This document shows positions 45,349-55,005 of a stretch of DNA of 64,000 bases, in pieces (position 1 is the stretch's first letter; every line of letters starts with the position of its first letter). This stretch comes from Ignavibacteriota bacterium (lineage in GTDB: Bacteria > Bacteroidota > Ignavibacteria > Palsa-1295), in NCBI GenBank assembly GCA_963794025.1, contig CAWCCK010000033.1, forward strand, positions 89,836-153,835, given 5' to 3'. Position numbers and translations under genes: made by a program. The notes under the pieces were generated by a model. The model was not told the DNA's origin. It saw only the letters and a list, made by a program, of their open reading frames with translations, and searched no databases.

Positions 45349-46817
45349 TTACATCACTCTCGCTTTTTTCGCATATTTATGAAGCCTGAGCGCATAACGT
45401 GCAAGCGCCGTAGCATCGGCATAATCGGGCGAGTGGCCGAGGCGTTCTTTTAAGGTAATTTTGTCCTCCATTTTATAGGCTCCGGATAGCGCGCTTATTT
45501 CCAGGCGGATCGCCGAGAGTTCCTCATGGAACCGTTTAAAATCGCGCAGCAGAATTTCTCCTTCGAGCAGTTCGGATTGAAGCACAAAATACATTTCGGC
45601 TCGCGCGTTTGCTAATGCTTTGCCGGGAAATAATTTCATCGGCTTTTGCGTAAAGTTCACGGCGAAGTATGGAACGTTCATTCTCTTTAACCTATCGCTG
45701 ACACCGCCGCCCAAGCCCGTGTCATCAATAGCGATAATGAGTTCCACGCCTTCGGCCTCGCATTTATCGTACTCCGATTTTATTTTGTCTGCCGTCGTCA
45801 TCAGATCGTCATTGAGCGTCATGTTGAATTTGGTTTGAACATCCGGCCCGTCACTATGCACGTCAAACCAGGTATAGACCGTAGCATCTCTGCCCACGCC
45901 TCGGGAAATATCGACGCCCATTGCTCGTGTAGTGCAAACTTTAGTTTGCAATTCGGCAGTTGGGTCGCAAACTGAAGTTTGCGCTACATTTCGAAGTATT
46001 AGTTCCATAGGTATGAATCCGACGGATTCTAATTGTGCCCATTCTCCAAAAATGCGAGCTTTCACGAGCGGTGTTTTGCGATAAAAAAGTCCGTTCCAAT
46101 CCAGCTTGAACGCGTCCTCGGAGGCGGCGATGACCGTATCACCATTGGGAACATCTATCTCGAACGACCACGAGCGCGACCCGGTCGCTGATCCAGTTCT
46201 GCGTGACGGCGCCGGGAATGATTTCTTTGCCTTTGATCACGTTCGGATGGTCGAACGCGGAGATATGGATCACTTTCCACTCGCCGGATTGCTCGGCGTC
46301 GATACGGATAGGACTCGCGGTCGATCGGATTGCAGATCATAACGATCTGTGCATTCACGCCGCTCAGGTTCCCGGTCAGCGCCGTCATGATCTCATCGTT
46401 AATGCCGGTCGCTTCATCGACGGCGACGAGAATGTGCGGCGCGTGAAAACCCATGGCATTTTCCGGCACGCTCGGCGAAATGCCGAGCATAAAATGCTTG
46501 TCGGACATTTTGATCGCGGTTCCGGTGCGCTCAACCGCTTTGGTATAGAGCTTTGCCGTGCGTGCCTGACGCCGGATCTCGCCCCAAAGGTTCCGCCTTA
46601 CTTGAGTCCATGAAGAAGCGGTCGTAAGCACGATGGAATCTTTATAGGTGGAGAAATACCAGTTGCAGATCGCGGCGAGCGCAGTGGTTTTGCCCGCGCC
46701 ATTGCAGGAACGAATAAGTATTTTTCTTTCGCCGGATTCGACGGCTTCGAATATTTCCTGCATCTTAGACCAGCAGTTTATTTTTAATTTATTTTTTGCG
46801 AATGATTGGAGGGACAT
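45349..46817 (-). pseudogene. Phage terminase large subunit, two frameshifts plus a palindromic-element insertion
   Basis: ATPase part in ORF 46155..46817 (Walker A SCNGAGKTT, Walker B LVAVDEATG). The middle part SGEWKVIHISAFDHPNVIKGKEIIPGAVTQNWISDRV reads only in a second frame. The nuclease part (GVDISRGVGRDATV, IAIDDTGLGGGVSD, SPDYADA) is in ORF 45349..46065. Confidence 0.75.
45928..45988. repeat. 61-nt palindromic element, in-frame in the terminase nuclease domain
   Basis: tgtagtgcaaactttagtttgca attcggcagttggg tcgcaaactgaagtttgcgctaca. It is translated as VAQTSVCDPTAELQTKVCTT. Confidence 0.85.
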
Positions 46818-47230
46818 GGTGGGAAGGATGTGGGTAATGCGGGAATTTTTAGCAATGCGGGCGCTTTGGGCAATGCGGGCGCTCCGGATATCGAGGGTGG
46901 TATATGCCCGGTAAGAGATTGATGCAGCCTTTGTTGAAGTGGTGTGTTCATGAATGTGGATTGGAGAGGAAATGCTATGAAAATGCTTTGTTAGCAGTTT
47001 TGATACAACTCGGCAGGCTCGGGACGAACCACGTTTACGAGGATGGGGCGGCGGGATGGTGGCGCCGCAGGCGATGCGGACGGCCTAACCGACCGTTACC
47101 GGAACGACGGTTGTCGTATCATTCCCAAAGATGTCGATGACTTTGACGGCGACGGAATAGCGGCCTGGCTGTTCGTAGGTGTGGAGCGACGTTTATGGCA
47201 ATTTTCCTGCCCGCTACGAAATTCGAAAAT

Positions 47231-49741
47231 TTACCCATTCAACATCGCCTCAAGGCTTACCTTCCAATTCTCGAATGGAATGAATTCATATTTCACATGC
47301 CGCTGCTCGAAAGCGAGATTAATATCCTTCCAGGAAATCTCATTAGACTTTTTATCGCACAACTTCAAAACTGCTTCGACATATTTCGAACGAGGGTCAT
47401 TAACTAAGTGCATCCCTTTCGTCTCAACAACATAAGCGCGTTGAAACAACTCGTTGCTTTGATCGCCTGAAGTGAGAATAAAATCAGGATATACTTTATG
47501 CTTTTGCCATCCCTGAAGTGAGTATGAATGCTTGGCTCTATCGGTGTTGCGATACCACATGAATACCTTTTTATGGTCGTCCACGAACCGTGCAAATTCT
47601 TTTTCGTCCGAAGAGGAATAAGAATCCGCATCCTCTGATATTGGATCGAAGAGCGTGAGCCTGAGTTGCCCACCGTCCTCACTTCTAAGCAACTTAATCT
47701 CAGTAGGAACCTGCTTCTTAATCGGAGGTTTCCAATCCGTTCGCTCACCCCATTGGTCGGTAATAACCACAAACTTTAGTTCACCAGAATCCATCATCTT
47801 GTGAAATACCGCCTCGGCGAGATCGTCTTTTGCCAACGTAAGGCAAGTGCGCAAGAATGCTGACCAGGAATAAAGATCGTTCGTAATTATCTCCGGGCCA
47901 AATTTCTTTTTCAAACGATTGAGCACAAGATTTGCGATGTCATAAGCTACCCAGGGATTCGGAATAAGATCCATTAGATCCTTAGCAACGTGGAGCGGTT
48001 CCGGTTCATGCGCTGTATTTTCTAAGTAGGAAACAGTAGTTCGTTCAACTCCTGTTGGTGTCAAATCATAAGCAACTTCTATATCCCTACTGGATTTTTC
48101 AGATGGATTGTATTGCTCAAAAAACGGATCGAGATCGGCCTGCTCCCGATCGATGCGGCAAGCTAGGTCTTGCTCATAATCCAGACGGCGAAACGAACCA
48201 TCGCCATTCGAAACGGCAAAAACGGGTAGGAAAAGATGCTTTGCAGCATTCTCTATTCCTTTCCGCCAATGATAGGTATTGCTATTCACGCTCTCTTCAT
48301 CCCCGGATGTAAAGCGAATATCTTGCGCGATTTCTTCAAGACCTTCCTTCTGCAAATCCTTAATAAGTTGATCGAATAGAGCGTTAGATTTACGAGAATA
48401 GACATAGCACTCATTGAGTGCCGGAATTGGCGAGAGCCTGCCAAATGGCTGGCGCATTACACGACCGGCGAGTTGTGTGATACCCGTCTGTGTTTTCGGA
48501 TTATTGAGATTAACAAGCACATACGCAAACGAGCAGTCCCATCCCTCCTGAAGCGCACGTACTGTAATAATATAACGAATCGTTGAGCGGTCGGACATTA
48601 GTCCTCCAACTTCATCGACGGCCTTAAGTTCATCTTTCGGTCCGGTCTTAATAGCTATTTCTTCTTCCGGTACACCGTTCGCCTTTAGCCAGGTTTTAAC
48701 CTCCTCCACATGAATTAAACCCGCTTTCTTTTCACCGGAACTTTCTGCGGAAATAAGGCAAATAGGCCGAATATACTCTTTCGTAAGTCCCTGATGTTCA
48801 ATAGAAAAATCTTTCAACTCAGCAAGCCGTTTCATCCCAAGACGAAGCGCCTCGTATCTATCGGTGTGCCCATCCTCGGAAACCTGATGCACCTGAATTG
48901 GTAGCTTAATCATGTGCACTTTCTTGAGATCCAGCCCCCCAATATCAACAAGCTTATTGCTTTTTTCTGGGGTCGCTGAAAGCTCGATCATGCACGATGG
49001 GTTGAGATTTTCGAGCATTTCTCGCCGGAGGCCGCTCTTCGCGCGGTGACTCTCGTCGAATATAATTGGTGGCTGACAAAGCCGAATTACGTTAGCAAGT
49101 GAAGGAACGATGAGGCTACCCCACATTCCCTTCTGCGTTTCTAAGTTTGGAACTTCCGCAAGCAACTTTGCATGCGCCGGAAGATCGTCCTCGGCTGGCA
49201 AAAATTGAGTGAAGCTGCCGCTTCTATGAGCACGAAGTTCGGACTCCGTTTTGCGAGCCATCCCTTGTACCTTCATCACAAGCACGACGAGATTACCCTC
49301 TATGTCCGAGCGTTGAATCGGATCGTCTTTCTCGACAATGATCGTCCGTTTGCCGCTCGCGCGGTCTAAGGCCAGACGGTATTCGTGATCCTTCGTCCGA
49401 AGGTTTTTTAATGTTTGACGGTAAATTTGTACCGAAGGCACAAACCAAACAACAAGACCCGTTTGCTTCCGCAAAAGCTTGGATTGAACGAGATCGATCG
49501 TCCGAACGGCAAGGTACGTTTTCCCGCCGCCGGTGGGAACCCGAAGGCAAAAGAACGGAACATCCTTGCCAATGGCATTACGGAATGGAATGTACGCGGG
49601 AAATTTCTTGACGCGCTTCCAGGCTTCGTCGCTCGCAGAAGCAATATCCGGCATGGCTATTCGAACATCCCGAATGGCGTCAAGATACCGCTCGACAATA
49701 TCGAGTGTGATTACCTGATATTCTTTTGGCTCGAAGTTCAC
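47231..49741 (-). CDS. res: Type III restriction enzyme, Res subunit (SF2 helicase + PD-(D/E)xK nuclease)
   Basis: Motif I VPTGGGKTY, motif II IIFDESHRA, QEGWDC, and the C-terminal nuclease motif PDFIL...VVETKG. It overlaps mod by 4 nt. Confidence 0.8.
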   Translation of the reverse strand: MNFEPKEYQVITLDIVERYLDAIRDVRIAMPDIASASDEAWKRVKKFPAYIPFRNAIGKDVPFFCLRVPTGGGKTYLAVRTIDLVQSKLLRKQTGLVVWFVPSVQIYRQTLKNLRTKDHEYRLALDRASGKRTIIVEKDDPIQRSDIEGNLVVLVMKVQGMARKTESELRAHRSGSFTQFLPAEDDLPAHAKLLAEVPNLETQKGMWGSLIVPSLANVIRLCQPPIIFDESHRAKSGLRREMLENLNPSCMIELSATPEKSNKLVDIGGLDLKKVHMIKLPIQVHQVSEDGHTDRYEALRLGMKRLAELKDFSIEHQGLTKEYIRPICLISAESSGEKKAGLIHVEEVKTWLKANGVPEEEIAIKTGPKDELKAVDEVGGLMSDRSTIRYIITVRALQEGWDCSFAYVLVNLNNPKTQTGITQLAGRVMRQPFGRLSPIPALNECYVYSRKSNALFDQLIKDLQKEGLEEIAQDIRFTSGDEESVNSNTYHWRKGIENAAKHLFLPVFAVSNGDGSFRRLDYEQDLACRIDREQADLDPFFEQYNPSEKSSRDIEVAYDLTPTGVERTTVSYLENTAHEPEPLHVAKDLMDLIPNPWVAYDIANLVLNRLKKKFGPEIITNDLYSWSAFLRTCLTLAKDDLAEAVFHKMMDSGELKFVVITDQWGERTDWKPPIKKQVPTEIKLLRSEDGGQLRLTLFDPISEDADSYSSSDEKEFARFVDDHKKVFMWYRNTDRAKHSYSLQGWQKHKVYPDFILTSGDQSNELFQRAYVVETKGMHLVNDPRSKYVEAVLKLCDKKSNEISWKDINLAFEQRHVKYEFIPFENWKVSLEAMLNG

Positions 49742-51423
49742 TTGGGTTCTATACGACGATAAATCTCATACGGTAATTGTACATACTCAACGCCGAACGG
49801 ATGAAGAACGTCGCTCGACATCCATTTCACCGGAGCAAAAACGAGGCGTTTCTTAGTGCCATTCCATTCCGGCAGCTTCTTCAACCAGTCGAATGTAAGA
49901 GCAACATCTTTTTTCAGCCGTTCTAAGTCCGGCTCATAAATAAGATAGACTTCGAATTTATCTGTCTCGCCAATGTATTGCTTCTTCTCTTTTATCTTTT
50001 TCTCGTCAATGCTCGCACCCGTGAGTGTGCTCCATACGAAGCCAGCCATGTCCTTATAGCTCGGCAAGTTTTTCCCGCTCAGGAATTTTTCCTCATCGAA
50101 TGCTTCCCCAAGCTCGTAATACGTGAAGCTGCCACCAAGTCCCTTTTTCAGGTTCTCATCTTTCGCTGTCTTTACGCCTTTAATTACACGCCGCACACGC
50201 TCGGCTGTGATTTTATCTGAAATATCAATCTGTTTTCCTGTTGCGGAATTAATTTCGTCGCACTGAACGAGAATGAACTTCCGGTTCCCACCATCTTTAT
50301 TTAGTGCAAGAACAGCTTGTGCAGTAGTGCCCGAACCGGCGAATGAATCAAGAACGAGATCGCCAGGTTCCGTAGCAGCTTCGAAGAGTGTTGCAAGAAG
50401 GTATGGCGATTTGGGATTTTGAAATGGTCTACCGCCGAATATCGCTTCAATTGATAGCATTCCTTTCTCAGTTGCGAACGAAGGGTCTATCAATAATGAT
50501 TTAAGTTTTTTCTTGCCCACGCGGGCTTTTCGGAATATCTTCCAATCCGCTCCGGTTTGCCAAGCTTTAAGCTGATCTATGTGTTTACCCACTTTTTCCT
50601 TGCCCCATGTCCATACACCTTCAGATTGATCTTCAAACAGTGGCCAAACTTCTTTAGATCCTTTATTTTTAGATAGTGTTACTTCACCTGTTTTAATATC
50701 AGCAAAAATAGGATACCATAAGTTTTTTCTATTCTGTGGATTAAACTCACGATGGGTATTTCTCAATTCTAACCAGCGGTAACGTCCTTTTTCATCTATT
50801 TCTGGATATTCCTTCTCTATTTGCTCTTCGGATTTTTCAATTGCAAAAGCATGGTCATTTTCAGTTAACGAGTAACATAGCACATACTCATGCGAAGTAG
50901 CAAAATTTGGCTGGAGAACGCGCCCTTTAGGATTAGATTGTACAATTAATTCCGCAACAAACTGATTCTCTCCAAAAATATCATCCATGAGCATTCTTAA
51001 ACGATGATTCTCGTTGTCATCAATCGAAATAAAAATCACCCCGTCTTCGGACATTAGCTCTCTCAACAATTTCAATCGTGGTGTCATCATGCACAGCCAT
51101 TTATCATGTCGGTTAGCGTCTTGTGTTTCGACCGGTTTTCCAAACCAGTCTCTTCCATCTGGATACTTTACATTGTCGTTATAAACCCATCCTTCATTGC
51201 CGGTATTATACGGCGGATCGATATAAATGCACTTGACCTTTCCGGCAAAATGCGGCATGAGGGATTTCAGAGCTTCCAAATTATCGCCGTGAACGATAAT
51301 GTTATCTTCGAGTCCGGGCTTATCGGTAAGGCTCTTCTTTTTATCGATCTCGAGCTTCCGGTGCGGGACGGTGAGGTGATAATTCTGAACGAATCGCTTT
51401 CCGGTGAATTCGAGATATGCCAT
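49738..51423 (-). CDS. mod: Type III restriction-modification Mod methyltransferase (N6-adenine/N4-cytosine, beta class)
   Basis: CIYIDPPYNTGNEGWVYND (motif IV) lies upstream of DSFAGSGTTAQA (motif I), and the gene lies upstream of res. Confidence 0.8.
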   Translation of the reverse strand: MAYLEFTGKRFVQNYHLTVPHRKLEIDKKKSLTDKPGLEDNIIVHGDNLEALKSLMPHFAGKVKCIYIDPPYNTGNEGWVYNDNVKYPDGRDWFGKPVETQDANRHDKWLCMMTPRLKLLRELMSEDGVIFISIDDNENHRLRMLMDDIFGENQFVAELIVQSNPKGRVLQPNFATSHEYVLCYSLTENDHAFAIEKSEEQIEKEYPEIDEKGRYRWLELRNTHREFNPQNRKNLWYPIFADIKTGEVTLSKNKGSKEVWPLFEDQSEGVWTWGKEKVGKHIDQLKAWQTGADWKIFRKARVGKKKLKSLLIDPSFATEKGMLSIEAIFGGRPFQNPKSPYLLATLFEAATEPGDLVLDSFAGSGTTAQAVLALNKDGGNRKFILVQCDEINSATGKQIDISDKITAERVRRVIKGVKTAKDENLKKGLGGSFTYYELGEAFDEEKFLSGKNLPSYKDMAGFVWSTLTGASIDEKKIKEKKQYIGETDKFEVYLIYEPDLERLKKDVALTFDWLKKLPEWNGTKKRLVFAPVKWMSSDVLHPFGVEYVQLPYEIYRRIEPK

Positions 51424-51826
51424 TTTTGATTAATTTAAAGTAGGTGCCCATCAAACGCTGTACTAAAATACAACATTACACGAGCGGAAGCACGATTTAC
51501 GAATTTTTAATCGCTGACGCATGTCCCCGGCTATTTCCTGTCCCTCGCCGTGGTCGGCCGCTCGTTGTTTCGATTTAACTTGTGATTTCATTTTGCTCAC
51601 AAAACCAACACTCCATCTTAGCATAGAATTGCCGTATCACAAAAATACGACGGAAAGCGTCGGGGTTGGTGAAGTGGTACATTTTGTTCGTGGTGAAGGG
51701 GGTCCGAACCCTTCGGCAAGCTCAGGGCAGGCTCTGGATTACGCGGATGTTTTGGGAGGGATGACGCGGATAGATTTTTGAATCCCTCCGCGTCATCTTT
51801 TCTTTTCTGCGTCATCCCGGTTCAGA

Positions 51827-52216
51827 CTATCCCTCCAGTTCATATTCGTAATGCCGGATAAGCAGCGCCGTGATGATGCGGTACGCTTGCTCGCGCGCTT
51901 CCCAGAAATCGTCCGACGAGTCGCAAAGGAATGCTTCCAACTGCTCGACATACATCGCGGAACTTAAAATAAAATCCCGCAGGAACCGGAGATCGTCTTC
52001 GGTGAGCGAGTTGATGGGCAAGTCCAAATCCATCGGCGAAATCAGGATCGTCGATGAAGCGTGTTCGTCCACGAAGCGTTCGTCTTCGATCTGGCAGAGA
52101 TGGTCGAGATATTCGTCGAGACTGTACGCGCGAGGAGCATCGGCAGCGATGCGTGTATTATCTGCGCTTGGAATCCGTGCCATGCGCGGTGTTGCGAAGT
52201 TTGGTTGATGTGTCAT
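51827..52216 (-). CDS. Hypothetical acidic 129-aa protein
   Basis: ORF with clear coding-type composition and no recognisable motif. It lies upstream of and co-oriented with mod-res. Confidence 0.4.
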   Translation of the reverse strand: MTHQPNFATPRMARIPSADNTRIAADAPRAYSLDEYLDHLCQIEDERFVDEHASSTILISPMDLDLPINSLTEDDLRFLRDFILSSAMYVEQLEAFLCDSSDDFWEAREQAYRIITALLIRHYEYELEG

Positions 52217-52257
52217 GGTGTTGATAGATTAATAGTTGAATGAAAAACTTAGATGGG

Positions 52258-52434
52258 TTATTCCTCGCACTCCTCTTTCGTACCAGCCGAAGAGCGACGC
52301 CGGTCGAAAAGACCGAGGTAATCCCTGCGAAGATCGAAGGTAGGATCGCTCGTCCGTGAGCGCATAAAGGAATCGACCATGATTTTTAGGTCTTTTTCCT
52401 TTTTGGCTTTTAATTTCTTGCTTTTTTGTTGCAT
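52258..52434 (-). CDS. Possible small basic protein (58 aa, below the ORF-track cutoff)
   Basis: Reverse-strand ATG at 52434 to TAA at 52258: MQQKSKKLKAKKEKDLKIMVDSFMRSRTSDPTFDLRRDYLGLFDRRRSSAGTKEECEE. It lies 41 nt upstream of the 129-aa gene. Confidence 0.25.
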   Translation of the reverse strand: MQQKSKKLKAKKEKDLKIMVDSFMRSRTSDPTFDLRRDYLGLFDRRRSSAGTKEECEE

Positions 52435-52742
52435 TTATCTCTCTTACACCCTATACAACGCATATTTTAACACACAAAGTTCAAAAAGTATAAAATAAAA
52501 CCTGAATTTTAACTATAACAACATGAAAACAAAGGAGATAAAATTTGTTGTTAAAGTGCTACTTTAGGCACCTATTTCCGGGAGTAATGGTGGAGAAGCG
52601 TGTAACGATGGTAGGGGCACATGGCCTTTGCCCATTCCTATTCCAGGTCCATCGGGTTAATGCCATTAACCCCTACGTTTTGGTAAAGGCGTTTTTGAGC
52701 TCATTTCGAGGTTGTATCAAAAAAATCTCACGCAAACCAAAG

Positions 52743-52790
52743 ATTTTTTTGTAACCCGAGCGACCCGGTGCGTTTTAACTAAAGGGGGTT
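52743..52790 (+). promoter_or_regulatory. Conserved upstream element, candidate ECF-sigma-type promoter (TGTAAC-N15-CGTT)
   Basis: gatttttttgtaacccgagcgacccggtgcgttttaactaaaggg is near-identical to the block upstream of paralog 4 (19267-19314, opposite strand). It lies 70 nt upstream of ATG 52825. Confidence 0.45.
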
Positions 52791-52824
52791 TGATACTCCC
52801 ATGCTTTTCATATAAAAATCTACC

Positions 52825-54045
52825 ATGAAACACAAACTTATTCTTATTGCTATGGTTTTTACGATAGCTTTTGGAGCTTTGCCAGATGCGAGAGCGCAAT
52901 GGGTGATGGCAGGCTTGGATAGCGACCAAGTGGAGACCATAGTATCAAGTGGTTTAAATCTCTTTGCTTGGACTGCGCTCCACGGTATTTTTCTATCTAT
53001 TGACAGTGGTACGAGTTGGAGCTCAGCAGGCCTGACATCATACTATGGTGGTAACGCTCTTGTGGTGAGTGGCACAAATCTCTTTGCTGGAATTAATGAA
53101 TATGGCGTTTTTAAATCTTCCGATAGCGGAAAGAGCTGGATTCGAACAGGACGCTTTTCGGAAGATCCCGAAATTGCCGCCCTCGTTGTTAGTGGCACGA
53201 ATATCCTTGCTGGCACTTACGGCTTTAGTGCCGTTAGTCCTGGAGGTGTTTTTCTTTCCGGCGATAGCGGTACCAGTTGGACGGAAGCCAATATCGGTTT
53301 GATAGATACACCCGTTCTTTCATTCGGCTTAATGGATACGAATATTTTTGCAGGGACTTACGGAGGAGTTTTTGTATCGAGTAACAATGGGACAAGCTGG
53401 ACTCAAACCAATTTTGAGATAGGTTCCCCAGTGCAATGCTTTGTGGTGAGTGGTTCCACTCTTTTTGCCGGCACGGAAGGGAAAGGCATTTTTCTCTTAT
53501 CGGACTCGGATACAGGATGGACGGCAACGAGCGTCGGATTATCGAAAAATTATATCTATGCCATGGCAGTAAGTGGAATAAATATATTTGCAGCAACGGA
53601 TAGTGGTGTTTTTCTCTCGACTAACAACGGTACAAGCTGGAATGCAGAAAATTCTGGATTGCCGTTTTTCCGAACAGCCTATGCTCTCTCTGTGATGGGG
53701 TCAAATCTCTTCGCCGTTCCCGACAGTGGAGTGTATCGTCGCGCACTTTCCGATTTCAAAACAAGCGCTGTTTCGCCCGGCACCTCGATCGAAAATTCCC
53801 TCACCACCTACCCCAACCCCTTCACTTCGTCCACCAGCATCAATTTCACCACTCCCGAAAGCGGCGTGGCGACCGTGAGCGTGGTGAATATCTTGGGAAC
53901 CGAAGTTGCGCGCGTCTTTTCCGGCGAGCTGAGCGCGGGCGAGCATTCGTTCCTGTGGGATGCCGCTAACTTGCCGCCGGGAATGTACGAGTGCATCGTG
54001 CAAGAGAATGGCAGCGTGCAACGGGTTCCCTTAGTTAAGAAGTAA
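52825..54045 (+). CDS. Secreted Asp-box beta-propeller repeat protein with T9SS CTD
   Basis: Signal peptide. There are 6-7 repeats of SGTNLFAGT..GVF.S.DSGTSW(T). C-terminus TTYPNPFTSSTSINFTTPESGVATVSVVNILGTEV...GMYECIV. Confidence 0.8.
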   Translation: MKHKLILIAMVFTIAFGALPDARAQWVMAGLDSDQVETIVSSGLNLFAWTALHGIFLSIDSGTSWSSAGLTSYYGGNALVVSGTNLFAGINEYGVFKSSDSGKSWIRTGRFSEDPEIAALVVSGTNILAGTYGFSAVSPGGVFLSGDSGTSWTEANIGLIDTPVLSFGLMDTNIFAGTYGGVFVSSNNGTSWTQTNFEIGSPVQCFVVSGSTLFAGTEGKGIFLLSDSDTGWTATSVGLSKNYIYAMAVSGINIFAATDSGVFLSTNNGTSWNAENSGLPFFRTAYALSVMGSNLFAVPDSGVYRRALSDFKTSAVSPGTSIENSLTTYPNPFTSSTSINFTTPESGVATVSVVNILGTEVARVFSGELSAGEHSFLWDAANLPPGMYECIVQENGSVQRVPLVKK

Positions 54046-54051
54046 GAAGTA

Positions 54052-54828
54052 TTACGGCAGGACTAGCTTAATCACATTTGAGGGTGGGCCGAAGCCGCAG
54101 AATTGGGTCTTTAATGTATCGCCGGAGTAGTAGCTGTAATTAAAATAACCACCGTAACAATACGTCTGCGCTGGATAAGCGACCATGTAAATGGTATCAC
54201 CATCCTTGGCTCGCGTAGTATTGATTTTGATCTCAGGCAAATAGTTAGATTCAGTCCAAGCAATGTATGTGCTCGAATCTTGATAATTAATATTTGGACT
54301 TTTCCCAATGAAGCAATAGATGGCCCCAGTACCGGCATTATTTCCGGAAGAGTCCAATATCACAGGTGGATTGGAAGCGAAGCTCATGACGAAGTTGGTG
54401 TCTGGTGGATCGCTGAAATCTTTGGTTATTGTGGGAGGGTTGACAGTCGTTTTCCAGTTGTTTATTCTGTCAAGGCCAGCATAGACGTTATGCAATGTTC
54501 CCGCACCCACGAATTCCACCGGACTTAAAACATACTTTGTAAATCCTGTTTTTGAAAAGCTAATAGAGTAATAACCAGCCGGGAGGTTATCGAAGACAAA
54601 AGCGCCCGCGCTATCGGTGACGGTCGCAAACGTCGTTCCCAAAATTTGAACGTTCACGCCCGCCGAAGATGCTGAGAACGAGCAATCCAACTCCTGAAGT
54701 TGCACGGAGCCAACGATCTGACCCGTACTTACGGACGCGACTTCTGTCGTCTTGGTGCAACCGTAAATAAGTGACATTGCAGCGAAGAAAACAATCCCAC
54801 GAAAGAGTAGATGATTTTTCATAAGCAT
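54052..54828 (-). CDS. Lipoprotein with carboxypeptidase-regulatory-like (CarboxypepD_reg) domain
   Basis: Signal peptide plus lipobox (AAMSLIYGC). GQIVGSVQL...VNVQILGTTFATVTDSAGAFVFDNLPAGYYSISFSKTGF. Confidence 0.6.
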   Translation of the reverse strand: MLMKNHLLFRGIVFFAAMSLIYGCTKTTEVASVSTGQIVGSVQLQELDCSFSASSAGVNVQILGTTFATVTDSAGAFVFDNLPAGYYSISFSKTGFTKYVLSPVEFVGAGTLHNVYAGLDRINNWKTTVNPPTITKDFSDPPDTNFVMSFASNPPVILDSSGNNAGTGAIYCFIGKSPNINYQDSSTYIAWTESNYLPEIKINTTRAKDGDTIYMVAYPAQTYCYGGYFNYSYYSGDTLKTQFCGFGPPSNVIKLVLP

Positions 54829-55005
54829 AAGAAATTGAGATGAATAGGTAGCACGCAGTGCATGAGCAGATTACTCCGCTCCGTAAAGAAGACCAGCGAA
54901 AAGCCAAAAGGTTACAACAATTCTCTGTTTTTTGGCCAGAATCTTTTCAATCATTCAAAAAGCGCTCCTTTTGAGCGAATTGGTGTCAGGGAGGTCGGGC
55001 TGGAA

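Larger units (their letters stand above)
32780..46817 (-). mobile_element. Degraded HK97-type prophage remnant (head-morphogenesis module only) heavily interrupted by cargo genes
   Basis: The order on the - strand is TerL, portal, prohead protease, major capsid, head-tail connector, then 2 small genes. No tail, lysis, integrase or replication genes are present. TerL, portal and connector are frameshifted. Confidence 0.75.

Noticed and set aside
46818-47230. Small terminase or att site in the gap between TerL and res, including the repeated gcaatgcgggcgct motif (46840-46890) and ORFs 46904..47140 and 47043..47435
   Set aside because: The ORFs are short, overlapping and without motifs. The short direct repeat occurs only twice. 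There is not enough evidence to call a feature.
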